A stretch of DNA of 35,552 nt from assembly GCA_040880145.1 (NCBI GenBank), contig JBBDIZ010000011.1, forward strand, positions 1-35,552. The letters run 5' to 3'. Positions 1 to 8,655 of the stretch are shown one piece after another; the stretch's first letter is position 1; the number at the start of each line of letters is the position of its first letter. The DNA comes from Simkaniaceae bacterium. GTDB lineage: Bacteria > Chlamydiota > Chlamydiia > Chlamydiales > JAJFMI01. The notes beneath the pieces are model-generated. The model ran no database searches and was not told where the DNA came from. It saw only the letters and a program-made list of their open reading frames with translations. A program made the position numbers and the translations under genes.

Positions 1-51
1 TAAGACGCTCTCATCCCACCCCTAAAGAGGTGGGTTTTCCCGCGGGCAGTC
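1..51 (-). mobile_element. Left end of an IS200/IS605-family element (rest lies off the left edge of the window)
   Basis: Minus strand reads TTAT|GACTGCCCGCGGG-AAAA-CCCACCTCTTTAGGGGTGGG-ATGAGAGCGTCTTA: subterminal hairpin preceded by guide-like AAAA with TTAT at the boundary (52-55). Aligns with the left end at 8309-8361. Confidence 0.7.
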
Positions 52-120
52 ATAAGTCATCTTTGGGTGAATCTCGGTTTTTTCTGGTCTTTTCTTGTCG
101 TTTGAATTAGTATCGGGGCC

Positions 121-1728
121 ATGAAATATCTTTTTATTACTGGTGGGGTTCTGAGCTCTCTAGGAAAGGGCATCACAGCGGCTTCACTTGCTATGCTTCT
201 TGAAAATCGCGGCTTAGTTTGCGCGATGCTAAAGCTCGATCCCTACCTAAATGTCGATCCCGGTACGATGAATCCTTTCCAGCACGGAGAGGTCTATGTG
301 ACAGAGGATGGGGCTGAAACCGATCTCGATCTCGGCCACTATTCCCGCTTTACAAATGCCAAAATCTCTCAATCTACCAATGTAACCTCAGGTCAGATTT
401 ATGACAGAGTCATCAAACGGGAGAGGCAAGGAGATTATCTCGGTCAAACCATTCAGGTCATCCCTCATATAACCGATGAAATCAAAAGCCGTATCGAGAG
501 TCTTAAGGGGGATATTGCCCTTATCGAGATTGGCGGCACGGTTGGAGATATTGAATCCCTCCCCTTTTTAGAGGCAATTCGTCAGTTTCGCTTAAAGCGC
601 CCTCAAGACTGCTTAAATATTCATCTCACACATGTGCCCTATCTCGAGGCGGCCGGAGAGTTGAAGACCAAGCCGACTCAGCATAGTGTTCAGCTTTTAC
701 GCTCCATCGGAATCATTCCTGATATGATTGTCACGCGATCGAAAAAAGCTCTTCCTCTTGAGATTAAGGAAAAAATCAGCCTTTTTTGCAGCGTCCCTGT
801 CGAAAATGTCATCGATGAGCCCGATGTTGCAAAAAGCATTTATGAGGTTCCACTCAGCTTAAAAGAACATCACTTAGATGAAACGGTCTGTCGTCTTCTT
901 AAGATTGATGCGAATCCTCATTCTTTAAAAGAATGGGAAGCAATGATCCAACGTATCAAAAACCCCAAGGGGACCGTCACGATTGGCCTTGTCGGAAAAT
1001 ATGTCGAGCATCAGGATGCTTATAAATCTGTTGTCGAAGCGCTTATTCATGGAGGGATTTCTGAAAACCTCAAAGTCGACATTCTTCAGATCGAATCGAG
1101 CGACTTGGACTTGAATAAGCTTAAAAAGTGTCAGGGCATTTTAGTTCCGGGAGGCTTTGGTGAGCGGGGTTTTGAAGGGATGGTTCAAGCTGCCGCCTAT
1201 TGCCGCAAAAATAAAGTTCCCTATTTTGGCATTTGCCTTGGAATGCATGTCCTCTCTGTTGAATTTGCAAGAGAATTAGGTCTTAAAAAAGCTCATACAA
1301 CTGAAATCGATAAACAGTCTCCCGACCCCGTCATTTGCCTGCTTTCAGAGCAAGCCCAGGTCACCGAGCTTGGGGGTACAATGAGGCTTGGCTCTTATCC
1401 TTGTACATTAAAACCCGGCAGCCAAGTCCTGTCTATTTATGGCAAAGACCTCATTCAGGAAAGGCATCGCCACCGCTATGAATTCAACTCTTTTTACCGC
1501 TCTTTATTTGAATCAAATGGAATGGAAATTACAGGCGTTTTAGAAGCAGATCAGCTTCCTGAAATTATTGAATATAAAAACCACCCCTGGATGATTGCTG
1601 TTCAATTTCATCCCGAATTCAACTCAAAACCACTCTCTCCTCACCCTCTTTTTAGAGACTTTATCAAAAATGCTCATCACTTAAATAGGACAATATGGGA
1701 CGACTCATTGGCATCGACTTCGGTTTAA
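121..1728 (+). CDS. pyrG: CTP synthase
   Basis: ITGGVLSSLGKG, KLDPYLNVDPGTMNPFQHGEV, GICLGM and QFHPEF glutaminase motifs; 535 aa. Confidence 0.98.
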   Translation: MKYLFITGGVLSSLGKGITAASLAMLLENRGLVCAMLKLDPYLNVDPGTMNPFQHGEVYVTEDGAETDLDLGHYSRFTNAKISQSTNVTSGQIYDRVIKRERQGDYLGQTIQVIPHITDEIKSRIESLKGDIALIEIGGTVGDIESLPFLEAIRQFRLKRPQDCLNIHLTHVPYLEAAGELKTKPTQHSVQLLRSIGIIPDMIVTRSKKALPLEIKEKISLFCSVPVENVIDEPDVAKSIYEVPLSLKEHHLDETVCRLLKIDANPHSLKEWEAMIQRIKNPKGTVTIGLVGKYVEHQDAYKSVVEALIHGGISENLKVDILQIESSDLDLNKLKKCQGILVPGGFGERGFEGMVQAAAYCRKNKVPYFGICLGMHVLSVEFARELGLKKAHTTEIDKQSPDPVICLLSEQAQVTELGGTMRLGSYPCTLKPGSQVLSIYGKDLIQERHRHRYEFNSFYRSLFESNGMEITGVLEADQLPEIIEYKNHPWMIAVQFHPEFNSKPLSPHPLFRDFIKNAHHLNRTIWDDSLASTSV

Positions 1729-2129
1729 AACGTATTGGACTTGCAAGAACAGACGAAGGAAAGCGTTTGGCTTCTCCCTTTAAACGAATCATAGCAGGTA
1801 AAACCGTCGAAGAAACCTGCGGAATCCTCTTCAAAGAGATCGGCTCTTTAAAGGAGATCGATGCGTTTATCGTCGGTCTGCCTTTGATGATGTCCGGCCG
1901 CGATAGCGAAATCACGATAAAAGCGCGCGCGTTTGCAAAAACATTAGAAGAAATGAGCGAAAAACCGGTTCATCTTTGGGATGAGCGCCTTACCTCAAAG
2001 CTTGTAGAAAATGAGATGAGAAATGCCGGTGTAAAACGAAAGAAAAGAGCTCAAGAGGTTGATGTTTTGGCCGCCGTTGTCATCTTGCAATCTTATTTAG
2101 AAAGTTGCTATAACCGGGGAATATTATGA
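1695..2129 (+). CDS. ruvX: YqgF/RuvX pre-16S rRNA nuclease
   Basis: GIDFGLKRIGLA, VGLP, WDERLTS, VDVLAAVVILQSYL. Confidence 0.93.
   Translation: MGRLIGIDFGLKRIGLARTDEGKRLASPFKRIIAGKTVEETCGILFKEIGSLKEIDAFIVGLPLMMSGRDSEITIKARAFAKTLEEMSEKPVHLWDERLTSKLVENEMRNAGVKRKKRAQEVDVLAAVVILQSYLESCYNRGIL
2085..2114 (+). promoter_or_regulatory. Candidate sigma66/sigma70 promoter inside the ruvX 3' end, upstream of zwf
   Basis: TTGCAA (2085-2090), 18-bp spacer, TGC-TATAAC (-10 at 2109-2114); zwf ATG at 2126. Confidence 0.4.
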
Positions 2130-3655
2130 CTCATCCACTTCAAGAATATGGTGAGACATCAAAAGCGCCTGATCCTTGCATCCTTGTCATTTTTGGAGCA
2201 ACGGGGGATCTAACCGCTCGAAAACTGATGCCTGCCATCTATAATTTAAAACGCGAAGGCCAGCTTCCTTCACAATTTGCCTGTGTGGGCTTTGCTAGGC
2301 GTGAAAAAAATCATGAGGTTTTTCGCTCGGAAATGAAGGAGGCTGTAAGCGAACACTCCCGCGTCAAGCCTTTAGACAACTCTCTTTGGAAAAGTTTTGA
2401 AAGTCAGCTTTTCTATCATCAAAGTGAATTCGATGATGACCAAGGTTATGAAAGATTTAAGGACCTATTAAACAAACTCGACTCTCAGTTCGGGACCAAG
2501 CAAAACCGCGTTTATTACCTATCGACTCAGCCTAGCTTTTTTCCAAAAATTATCGAAAAATTGAAAAGTCATGAACTCATCTATGACGACTTAAATGAAG
2601 AAAAATTCTCTCGCGTAATCATTGAAAAGCCTTTTGGTCACGATATTGACTCAGCACTCGCTTTACAAAAAGATTTATTAAATCACCTTAAAGAAAAACA
2701 GCTCTTTCGAATCGATCACTATTTGGGAAAAGAGACGGTTCAAAATCTTCTCGTTTTTCGATTTGGCAATTCCCTATTTGAATCGCTTTGGAATAATCGC
2801 TACATCGATCATATTCAAATTACTGTGGCAGAAGACATCGGAATTGGGACACGGGGCCGTTTTTATGAAGAGCAAGGGCTTGTTCGAGACATTATGCAAA
2901 ACCATATGATGCAGCTTCTCTCCTTAGTTGCTATGGAGCCCCCTGCCAACTTAATGCCCTCTTCTATCCACGACGAAAAAATAAAAGTTCTCCATTCGAT
3001 TCGGCCATTGAGTAATAATGATATGGAAACCCATGCTATACGAGGCCAATACGGACCTGGATTTGTGGGTGGTGAAGCGTGTAAGGGATATCGAGAGGAA
3101 GAAAACGTGGCAGATGACTCCATGGTCGAAACCTACGCGGCTATTCGTTTTGAAATCGAAAATTGGCGCTGGTCAGGTGTTCCTTTTTATATGCGTGGAG
3201 CAAAACGTTTACCAAAGCGCTGTACAGAGATTGCTGTTACCTTTAAGGATGCACCCGGTGCTCTTTTCAAAGACAAATGCAATAAAAATGAGCCCAATAC
3301 CCTAGCAATCCGAATCCAGCCCAATGAAGGGATCGCTCTTAAGATCAACTGCAAGGTTCCGGGACCTACTTCACCCATTCAACCGGTAACTATGGATTTT
3401 CGCTACAGTTCCTTCTTCGGTCTTGCTCCTCCAGAGGCTTATGAGACATTGATTTGCAACGCAATTTTAGGGGATGACACTTTGTTTACAAGACAAGATG
3501 AGGTCTTCCAGTCTTGGCGCCTCTTCACTCCCCTTTTAAACTATTGGCGAGAAAATCCCTTGAAAGAGTTCCCCAATTATCAAGCGGGAAGCTGGGGCCC
3601 GAAAAAAAGCGATGAAATGATGGCAAAAGATTTACGGGCGTGGCGTCTTATATGA
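2126..3655 (+). CDS. zwf: Glucose-6-phosphate 1-dehydrogenase
   Basis: IFGATGDLTARKLMPA, IEKPFGHD, RIDHYLGKETVQN, RDIMQNHMMQ. Confidence 0.98.
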   Translation: MTHPLQEYGETSKAPDPCILVIFGATGDLTARKLMPAIYNLKREGQLPSQFACVGFARREKNHEVFRSEMKEAVSEHSRVKPLDNSLWKSFESQLFYHQSEFDDDQGYERFKDLLNKLDSQFGTKQNRVYYLSTQPSFFPKIIEKLKSHELIYDDLNEEKFSRVIIEKPFGHDIDSALALQKDLLNHLKEKQLFRIDHYLGKETVQNLLVFRFGNSLFESLWNNRYIDHIQITVAEDIGIGTRGRFYEEQGLVRDIMQNHMMQLLSLVAMEPPANLMPSSIHDEKIKVLHSIRPLSNNDMETHAIRGQYGPGFVGGEACKGYREEENVADDSMVETYAAIRFEIENWRWSGVPFYMRGAKRLPKRCTEIAVTFKDAPGALFKDKCNKNEPNTLAIRIQPNEGIALKINCKVPGPTSPIQPVTMDFRYSSFFGLAPPEAYETLICNAILGDDTLFTRQDEVFQSWRLFTPLLNYWRENPLKEFPNYQAGSWGPKKSDEMMAKDLRAWRLI

Positions 3656-4731
3656 GTTTAAAACAAACGGTTTTACCCAAAGAAATCGAATCTAAGTTAA
3701 CCCGTATTTGGGATGACCTGCAAGGCTCGAATAAGATGCGGGCCTCTTTATTTAACCTAATCATCTATTGCGACAAAAGTGAAAGAGAATCCTACTATGA
3801 AGGAGTTATCCAAAAACTCATTCAGAGATTTCCGGCCCGCATTCTTTTTGTGGCTTTAAGCGATGAAAAGATAGAGCTTAAAACTTCCGTTTCGGTATTA
3901 ACTGCCGAAGAGGGGGCAAGCGCTATTGCCTGCGATTTGATCCATATCGAGGGAGGCCGCGATCAAATCGATCGGATCCCTTTTATTCTTCTACCTCACA
4001 TTCTCCCCGACTTGCCCCTCTATTTAGTTCGCGGAGATGATCCTTTATGCGATGACTCGATATCAATCAAGTTAGAGCCTTTGGCAAAACGTCTGATTTT
4101 TGATTCAGAAAATAGCTCAAATCTTGCTTCCTTTTCACAAGTGGTCTTAGATCATCAAAAAAGCTTAAATGTCGATGTCGCAGACTTGAATTGGGCGCGG
4201 ATGGAGAGCTGGAGGGGCGTGATTCATAACGTCTGTCACACAAAAGAACGTTTAGAAATGCTGAAAAGGGCAAAAGAGCTCTCTATAGAATACAACGCGG
4301 TAGAATCAACTTCTTATTTACATAAGAAAACCCAGGCGATTTACCTTGTGTTTTGGCTCTCTACACAACTGAATTGGCCGTTTAAAAAAATCGAAAAGAA
4401 AGATAAAGAGTTATCTGTTGAATTTGAGAATTTACACTGCCGCATTTGCCCCTCTCTTCATGAAAATGTTCCGCCCGGCAACCTTCTCTCATTTGAAATG
4501 AAAACAGAAGAAGGCGAGGTTTTATCGATTAAGAGAAATTTAGAATTTCCTCAACAGGTTATAGTAGAGCATTCAACAGCAACTTTTTGCGAAATGCCTT
4601 CTGAAATCGTTTTAGAAAGCGAGTTGTCTAAGGGCTCTCTTGTTCGAGAGATTTGTCATAAAGGAACAAGCCCCCACTTCGGAGCTGTTTTAGATGTATT
4701 GCAACGACTTCCAAACGAGGTTTTTTTATAA
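3652..4731 (+). CDS. opcA: Glucose-6-phosphate dehydrogenase assembly/activator protein OpcA
   Basis: RASLFNLIIY, RFPARILFV, LPDLPLYL, RLIFDS, ADLNWARMESWR; lies between zwf and pgl; ATG at 3652 overlaps the zwf stop (ATGA). Confidence 0.85.
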   Translation: MSLKQTVLPKEIESKLTRIWDDLQGSNKMRASLFNLIIYCDKSERESYYEGVIQKLIQRFPARILFVALSDEKIELKTSVSVLTAEEGASAIACDLIHIEGGRDQIDRIPFILLPHILPDLPLYLVRGDDPLCDDSISIKLEPLAKRLIFDSENSSNLASFSQVVLDHQKSLNVDVADLNWARMESWRGVIHNVCHTKERLEMLKRAKELSIEYNAVESTSYLHKKTQAIYLVFWLSTQLNWPFKKIEKKDKELSVEFENLHCRICPSLHENVPPGNLLSFEMKTEEGEVLSIKRNLEFPQQVIVEHSTATFCEMPSEIVLESELSKGSLVREICHKGTSPHFGAVLDVLQRLPNEVFL

Positions 4732-5451
4732 ATGGACTCGATTATCAATCATAGCGGACGAAAACTAGCCATTCAAGCTTCAAAGGAAGCTGCCATTGCC
4801 TTTGCCGCTCATCATTTTTTAGAGATAGCTAAAGAATCAATCGATGATCACGGAGCTTTTTTTGTGGCGCTCTCCGGTGGATCCACTCCCAAAGCTCTTT
4901 ATGAAATGCTCTTTAAGGAATACTCAAAAGCTCTTGATTGGAGCCTTGTCCATCTTTTTTTCAGCGATGAAAGATCAGTACCCGAAGATTCAGATAAAAG
5001 CAATTATAAAATGGCAATGGATACGGGCCTTAAAGACTTAGTCCCCTCTCATCAAGTCCATCGCATGGTTGCCGAAGAAGATATCGAAGCAAATGCAAAA
5101 CGGTATGAAAATCTCATTCACTCAATTCTTAAAGACCGCCCTTTTGATCTTGTCATACTGGGAATGGGAGAAGATGGCCACACGGCCTCTTTATTCCCAA
5201 AGACGCCTGCGCTCAACATCAAGGATCATTTAATCGCCTCTAATTTTGTTGAAAGCCAAAAAACGTTTCGAATGACGATGACCTATTCTTGCATCAATCG
5301 AGCGCGCCATATTGCCATATATGTACTTGGCCGCTCTAAAGCTGAAGTACTTAAAAAAGTTTTTCTTGAAAAAGAAGGCTCTTTTCCGATACAAGGCATC
5401 AGTGAAAAAGCATTATGGATTACCGACCGGGAGGCCGCATCAAAACTTTAA
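4732..5451 (+). CDS. pgl: 6-phosphogluconolactonase
   Basis: VALSGGSTPK, FFSDERSVP, SNY, LGMGEDGHTASLFP, RMTMT. Confidence 0.96.
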   Translation: MDSIINHSGRKLAIQASKEAAIAFAAHHFLEIAKESIDDHGAFFVALSGGSTPKALYEMLFKEYSKALDWSLVHLFFSDERSVPEDSDKSNYKMAMDTGLKDLVPSHQVHRMVAEEDIEANAKRYENLIHSILKDRPFDLVILGMGEDGHTASLFPKTPALNIKDHLIASNFVESQKTFRMTMTYSCINRARHIAIYVLGRSKAEVLKKVFLEKEGSFPIQGISEKALWITDREAASKL

Positions 5452-6161
5452 GAATAGTCTGTCTTCTTTTATTTCCCTTTTTTTTAAGAGCTGAAAGAAT
5501 CGCCCTTCTCACCTATCCCTTTTCAGATTCCTCTTGGATCATGTACAATATGATCCAGCTTTCAAGCCGTGGCTTTCTAGTCGATGATGATTCCTTTCAC
5601 AATTTCGGTATTTCCATCAACGATGAGCCTCCTTTTCTCCACGTCTTTCAACCTATTGAAATCAATTATTTCAACCCAAAGTGTGATAAACTCATCCTCT
5701 TGATAAAAGATTATCGAGAAGTCCTCATTAACTACTTAGAGTCAACAGGCGAAGAAATTCACCGCTGGTTGGATCGCATGGGACACTCTGACTTAAGGGC
5801 TCGCTCGGTTCAAGACCCCGATTGGTATTTTCATAACCTCTATTTATATGATCAATGGAATCCGCAAAACCGCCTTCTCATTTATTATGAGGATTTGATA
5901 AACCATCCGAAACTCATACTAAAAAAATTACTCGATTTTGTCGGCGGAAGCGATTATAAACTCAACCGGCACATTGAAAACTTAGCGATACACCACCAAT
6001 ACTTTTCAAAATTCCGCCCCACTCATCGCATCTATTCAGAAGGATTTAAAGGGCTAAAAATCGATCTTTCGCCATCGCTTGAAAGTAAAATAAAAAATAA
6101 ATTTAGCAAAGCCTATCCTTCTCTATACGAAAAATATCTCAAAAGATATGACGGTATGTGA
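5415..6161 (+). CDS. Sulfotransferase-fold protein with degenerate PAPS-binding motifs and a probable signal peptide (start uncertain)
   Basis: LLTYPFSDSSW (cf. YPRSGTTW), KLILLIKDYREVL (cf. I.L.RDP.D...S), LLIYYEDLINHPKLILKKLLDFVG (cf. .YEDL..DP...L..I..FLG); hydrophobic N-terminal segment ending FLRA/E. Confidence 0.6.
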   Translation: MDYRPGGRIKTLRIVCLLLFPFFLRAERIALLTYPFSDSSWIMYNMIQLSSRGFLVDDDSFHNFGISINDEPPFLHVFQPIEINYFNPKCDKLILLIKDYREVLINYLESTGEEIHRWLDRMGHSDLRARSVQDPDWYFHNLYLYDQWNPQNRLLIYYEDLINHPKLILKKLLDFVGGSDYKLNRHIENLAIHHQYFSKFRPTHRIYSEGFKGLKIDLSPSLESKIKNKFSKAYPSLYEKYLKRYDGM

Positions 6162-6175
6162 TATGCTTCTTTTCC

Positions 6176-7228
6176 ATGTATACACTCGGTATTGAATCGA
6201 CCTGTGATGAATCAGGAGCAAGTGTTGTCAAAAATGGCAGCGAAATCCTATCGAACGTCATCTCTTCTCAAGCAACTGTTCACGCCCCATACGGCGGAGT
6301 TTTTCCCGAGCTTGCAAGCCGAAGCCACCTAAACGATCTTCTTCCTTGCATCGAAATGGCGCTTTTGGAGGCAAAAATAACACCCGACGAGCTGGATTTA
6401 ATTGCTGTTGCCACAAAGCCGGGACTCTTAGGAGCACTTCTCATGGGATTAAGCACTGCAAAAGCCCTCTCCTTTAGCTGGAACCTGCCTTTAATCGATG
6501 TCGACCATGTCGAAGCACACCTTTTTGCCGCTATGATGCCTCGGTTAGAAAAAGTTTCCTACCCATCTCTTGGCGTCGTCCTCTCTGGAGGCCACACCTT
6601 TATAGCTCTCATCCATTCAGATCACACTTACACAAAAGTTGGCTCAACAGTCGATGATGCTATCGGAGAAGCTTTTGATAAAGTCGCCACTTTATTAGAC
6701 CTCTCTTATCCCGGCGGCCCCGAAATCGAAAAGCTCGCGAAAAAAGGCAATTCTTCAAAATACTCCTTTAACCCAGGCAGCGTGAAAGGAAAACCCCTTG
6801 ATTTTTCATTTAGCGGGCTTAAAACCAATCTCCTCTACACAATCAAAGGCCAAGGCGCTCAAAAAAAATCTCCATCGATCATCACGAAAAGCGACAAACC
6901 CCATATCGCTGCCGCTTTTCAAAAAACAGCATTTAACGACATCGTTGATAAAACTCTTCTTGCAGCTCATAAACATCACTGCTCCGAGATCTACTTAGGC
7001 GGGGGTGTGACTCAAAATAAATGCCTTCGAGCGCTCTTTTCTGAAAAGACACCCCTTCCGGTCTATTGGCCGCCCATTGGGCTATCCTTGGATAACGCTG
7101 CCATGATCGCAGGGCTTGGTGCAAAAAAAATATCTTCAATCAAGACAAAGTGCGCCTTTAGACCTACAGCCAATTCCAAAACTAACATTATAAAAAAAAA
7201 TTTAATTAAATTAATAGCTGTCAAATAA
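6176..7228 (+). CDS. tsaD: tRNA N6-adenosine threonylcarbamoyltransferase TsaD; C-terminus apparently frameshifted at an A8 run (family-like end at 7193)
   Basis: LGIESTCDE, YGGVFPELASRSH, HVEAH, LSGGHT, DDAIGEAFDK, FSFSGLKT, DNAAMIA; ATG at 6176 chosen over GTG at 6158. Confidence 0.96.
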   Translation: MYTLGIESTCDESGASVVKNGSEILSNVISSQATVHAPYGGVFPELASRSHLNDLLPCIEMALLEAKITPDELDLIAVATKPGLLGALLMGLSTAKALSFSWNLPLIDVDHVEAHLFAAMMPRLEKVSYPSLGVVLSGGHTFIALIHSDHTYTKVGSTVDDAIGEAFDKVATLLDLSYPGGPEIEKLAKKGNSSKYSFNPGSVKGKPLDFSFSGLKTNLLYTIKGQGAQKKSPSIITKSDKPHIAAAFQKTAFNDIVDKTLLAAHKHHCSEIYLGGGVTQNKCLRALFSEKTPLPVYWPPIGLSLDNAAMIAGLGAKKISSIKTKCAFRPTANSKTNIIKKNLIKLIAVK

Positions 7229-7711
7229 AGCTGTTTTTATGTTAAAATAATATAAAAAAGATGCATCTGCATTCCAAATGATATATACCAAAACACACAT
7301 AATTAGTGCTTAACTAAAAAATTTAAGGAGAAAATTATGCTAACCTTAGTGCAATTTATAGAAGAAAAGAGTACTATACTTTCTACTGGCCCTAACCCTA
7401 TTGATCTAGCAGAGGCAAATGGTTTGCTCACAATTGAACTGCTTGTTGGGATTTCTTTTGTTGTGTTAGCAGGAGCGATCTGCACTCTCTGCTTTTTTTC
7501 GCCCCTTCCCCTAGCTCTCATAATTACTTTTCAAGCGCTAGCCGGTATTGCTATTTTTCTTGGCTTAATCGCAATTTTTGAAAGTCTAGGTTATTTATTC
7601 CATCATGTTTTTATTTTAAACAATTACGGTCAAGACGAGACAATACTTGAAAAAGTATGGGAAAAGATAGGACTTAAAGACTGGAGATTTCCTTAAAAAA
7701 TTGATTTCAAA
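7029..7711 (+). repeat. Tandem duplication unit, copy 1 (tsaD 3' end + intergenic/promoter + Inc-like gene 1)
   Basis: GAGCGCT at 7029 recurs at 7712 (period 683). 7029-7336 vs 7712-8006 differ by about 7 substitutions and one 13-bp indel. Confidence 0.95.
7337..7696 (+). CDS. Small Inc-like membrane protein with bilobed hydrophobic domain, paralogue 1 (119 aa)
   Basis: AAGGAG RBS at 7325-7330; ~55-aa hydrophobic region split by the SPLP turn; hydrophilic N- and C-termini; TG-T-TAAAAT extended -10 at 7240-7248. Confidence 0.7.
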   Translation: MLTLVQFIEEKSTILSTGPNPIDLAEANGLLTIELLVGISFVVLAGAICTLCFFSPLPLALIITFQALAGIAIFLGLIAIFESLGYLFHHVFILNNYGQDETILEKVWEKIGLKDWRFP

Positions 7712-8270
7712 GAGCGCTTCTTTCTGAAAAGACGTCCCTTCCGATCTATTGGCCGCCCATTGGGCTATCCTTGGATAACGCTGCCATGATCGCAGGGCTT
7801 GGTGCAAAAAAAATATCTTCAATCAAGACAAAGTGCGCCTTTAGACCTACAGCCAATTCCAAAACTAACATTATAAAAAAAAATTTAATTAAATTAATAG
7901 CTGTCAAATAAAGCTGTTTTTATGTTAAAATAATATGAAAAAGATGCATCTGCATTCCAAATGATATATATCAAAACACACATAATTAGTGTTTAAGGAG
8001 AAAATTATGCTAACTTTAGTGGCATTTATAGACGCAAAGAGCACTGTACTTGGTTCAGCTCAATCTGTTGATCTAGAGGAGGCAAATGCTTTGCTCGCAA
8101 CTGAACTGCTTGTTGGGTTTTCTTTTGTTGTATTAGCAGGAGTAATCATCACTCTCTGCTTTTTTTCGCCCCTTCCCCTAGCTCTCATAATTACTTTTTA
8201 CGTGCTGGCCGGTAATGTTGCTGTTCTTGGCGCAGGCGCAATTCTTGAAAGCCTAGGCCGTTTACTCATT
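7712..8270 (+). repeat. Tandem duplication unit, copy 2 (includes a non-functional copy of the tsaD 3' end, ~7712-7911)
   Basis: Direct alignment to 7029-7600; similarity is lost after codon ~88 of the paralogues. Confidence 0.93.
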
Positions 8271-8297
8271 AATATTCGTAAGTTAATTGATTTATAG
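8007..8297 (+). CDS. Small Inc-like membrane protein, paralogue 2 (96 aa)
   Basis: AAGGAG at 7995-8000; ATG at 8007 is homologous to 7337; about 59/88 aa identical to paralogue 1 by manual alignment. Confidence 0.7.
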   Translation: MLTLVAFIDAKSTVLGSAQSVDLEEANALLATELLVGFSFVVLAGVIITLCFFSPLPLALIITFYVLAGNVAVLGAGAILESLGRLLINIRKLIDL

Positions 8298-8308
8298 AAG
8301 CTCTTTAC

Positions 8309-8655
8309 GACGACAAAAGCGGGAAAGCCCATCGGTTTTAGCCGTGGGATAAAAACGTCTTTCCGCTTGCGTTTTTCCTCTCAATGTATTAAACTTCTTC
8401 TAATTCAACATCGAGACAAATGTACTCCGTTGAATGGAGTTTAAAATCGCTCCTCGGACTTTTTTTAAGAATCAAATTTGATTCGTTGAAAATCTTAGCT
8501 GCGGTCTTCTTTAAAACAGTCCGATGCTCTATGATTTTCAATCTGTGGTAGACAAAAATGTCACAGAAGGCCATCTCTGGCATGGCCGCGGAGGATAGGG
8601 ATATGAAGGATCCAACCTCAAAACCCCTATGGCTTCAGCCGTGGGAGTATGTCAG
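8309..8655 (+). mobile_element. Non-autonomous IS200/IS605 (IS608-like) derivative, ~347 bp, both ends retained
   Basis: Left: TTAC (8305-8308), 15 nt, AAAG, hairpin CCCATCGGTTTTAGCCGTGGG. Right: AAAC, hairpin CCCTATGGCTTCAGCCGTGGG, AGTATGTCAG. No intact tnpA or tnpB between them. Confidence 0.8.
8560..8655 (+). ncRNA. Possible remnant of a TnpB omegaRNA (right-end RNA) scaffold
   Basis: Hairpin GGCCAT-7nt-ATGGCC (8569-8587) followed by GCGGAGG, then the right-end hairpin; this is the position where omegaRNA is encoded in IS605/IS1341 elements. Confidence 0.3.

Noticed and set aside
1660..1728. Possible frameshift extending the PyrG C-terminus over ruvX
   Set aside because: The existing frame is acceptable and short overlaps are common in this operon; no independent support
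6933..7822. Two minus-strand 68-aa ORFs (6933-7139, 7616-7822) with identical N-termini
   Set aside because: By-product of the duplicated tsaD 3' end read antisense; no RBS or family features
8389..8583. 64-aa minus-strand ORF inside the IS605-like element as TnpA
   Set aside because: No HUH motif or catalytic Tyr helix recognisable; likely spurious
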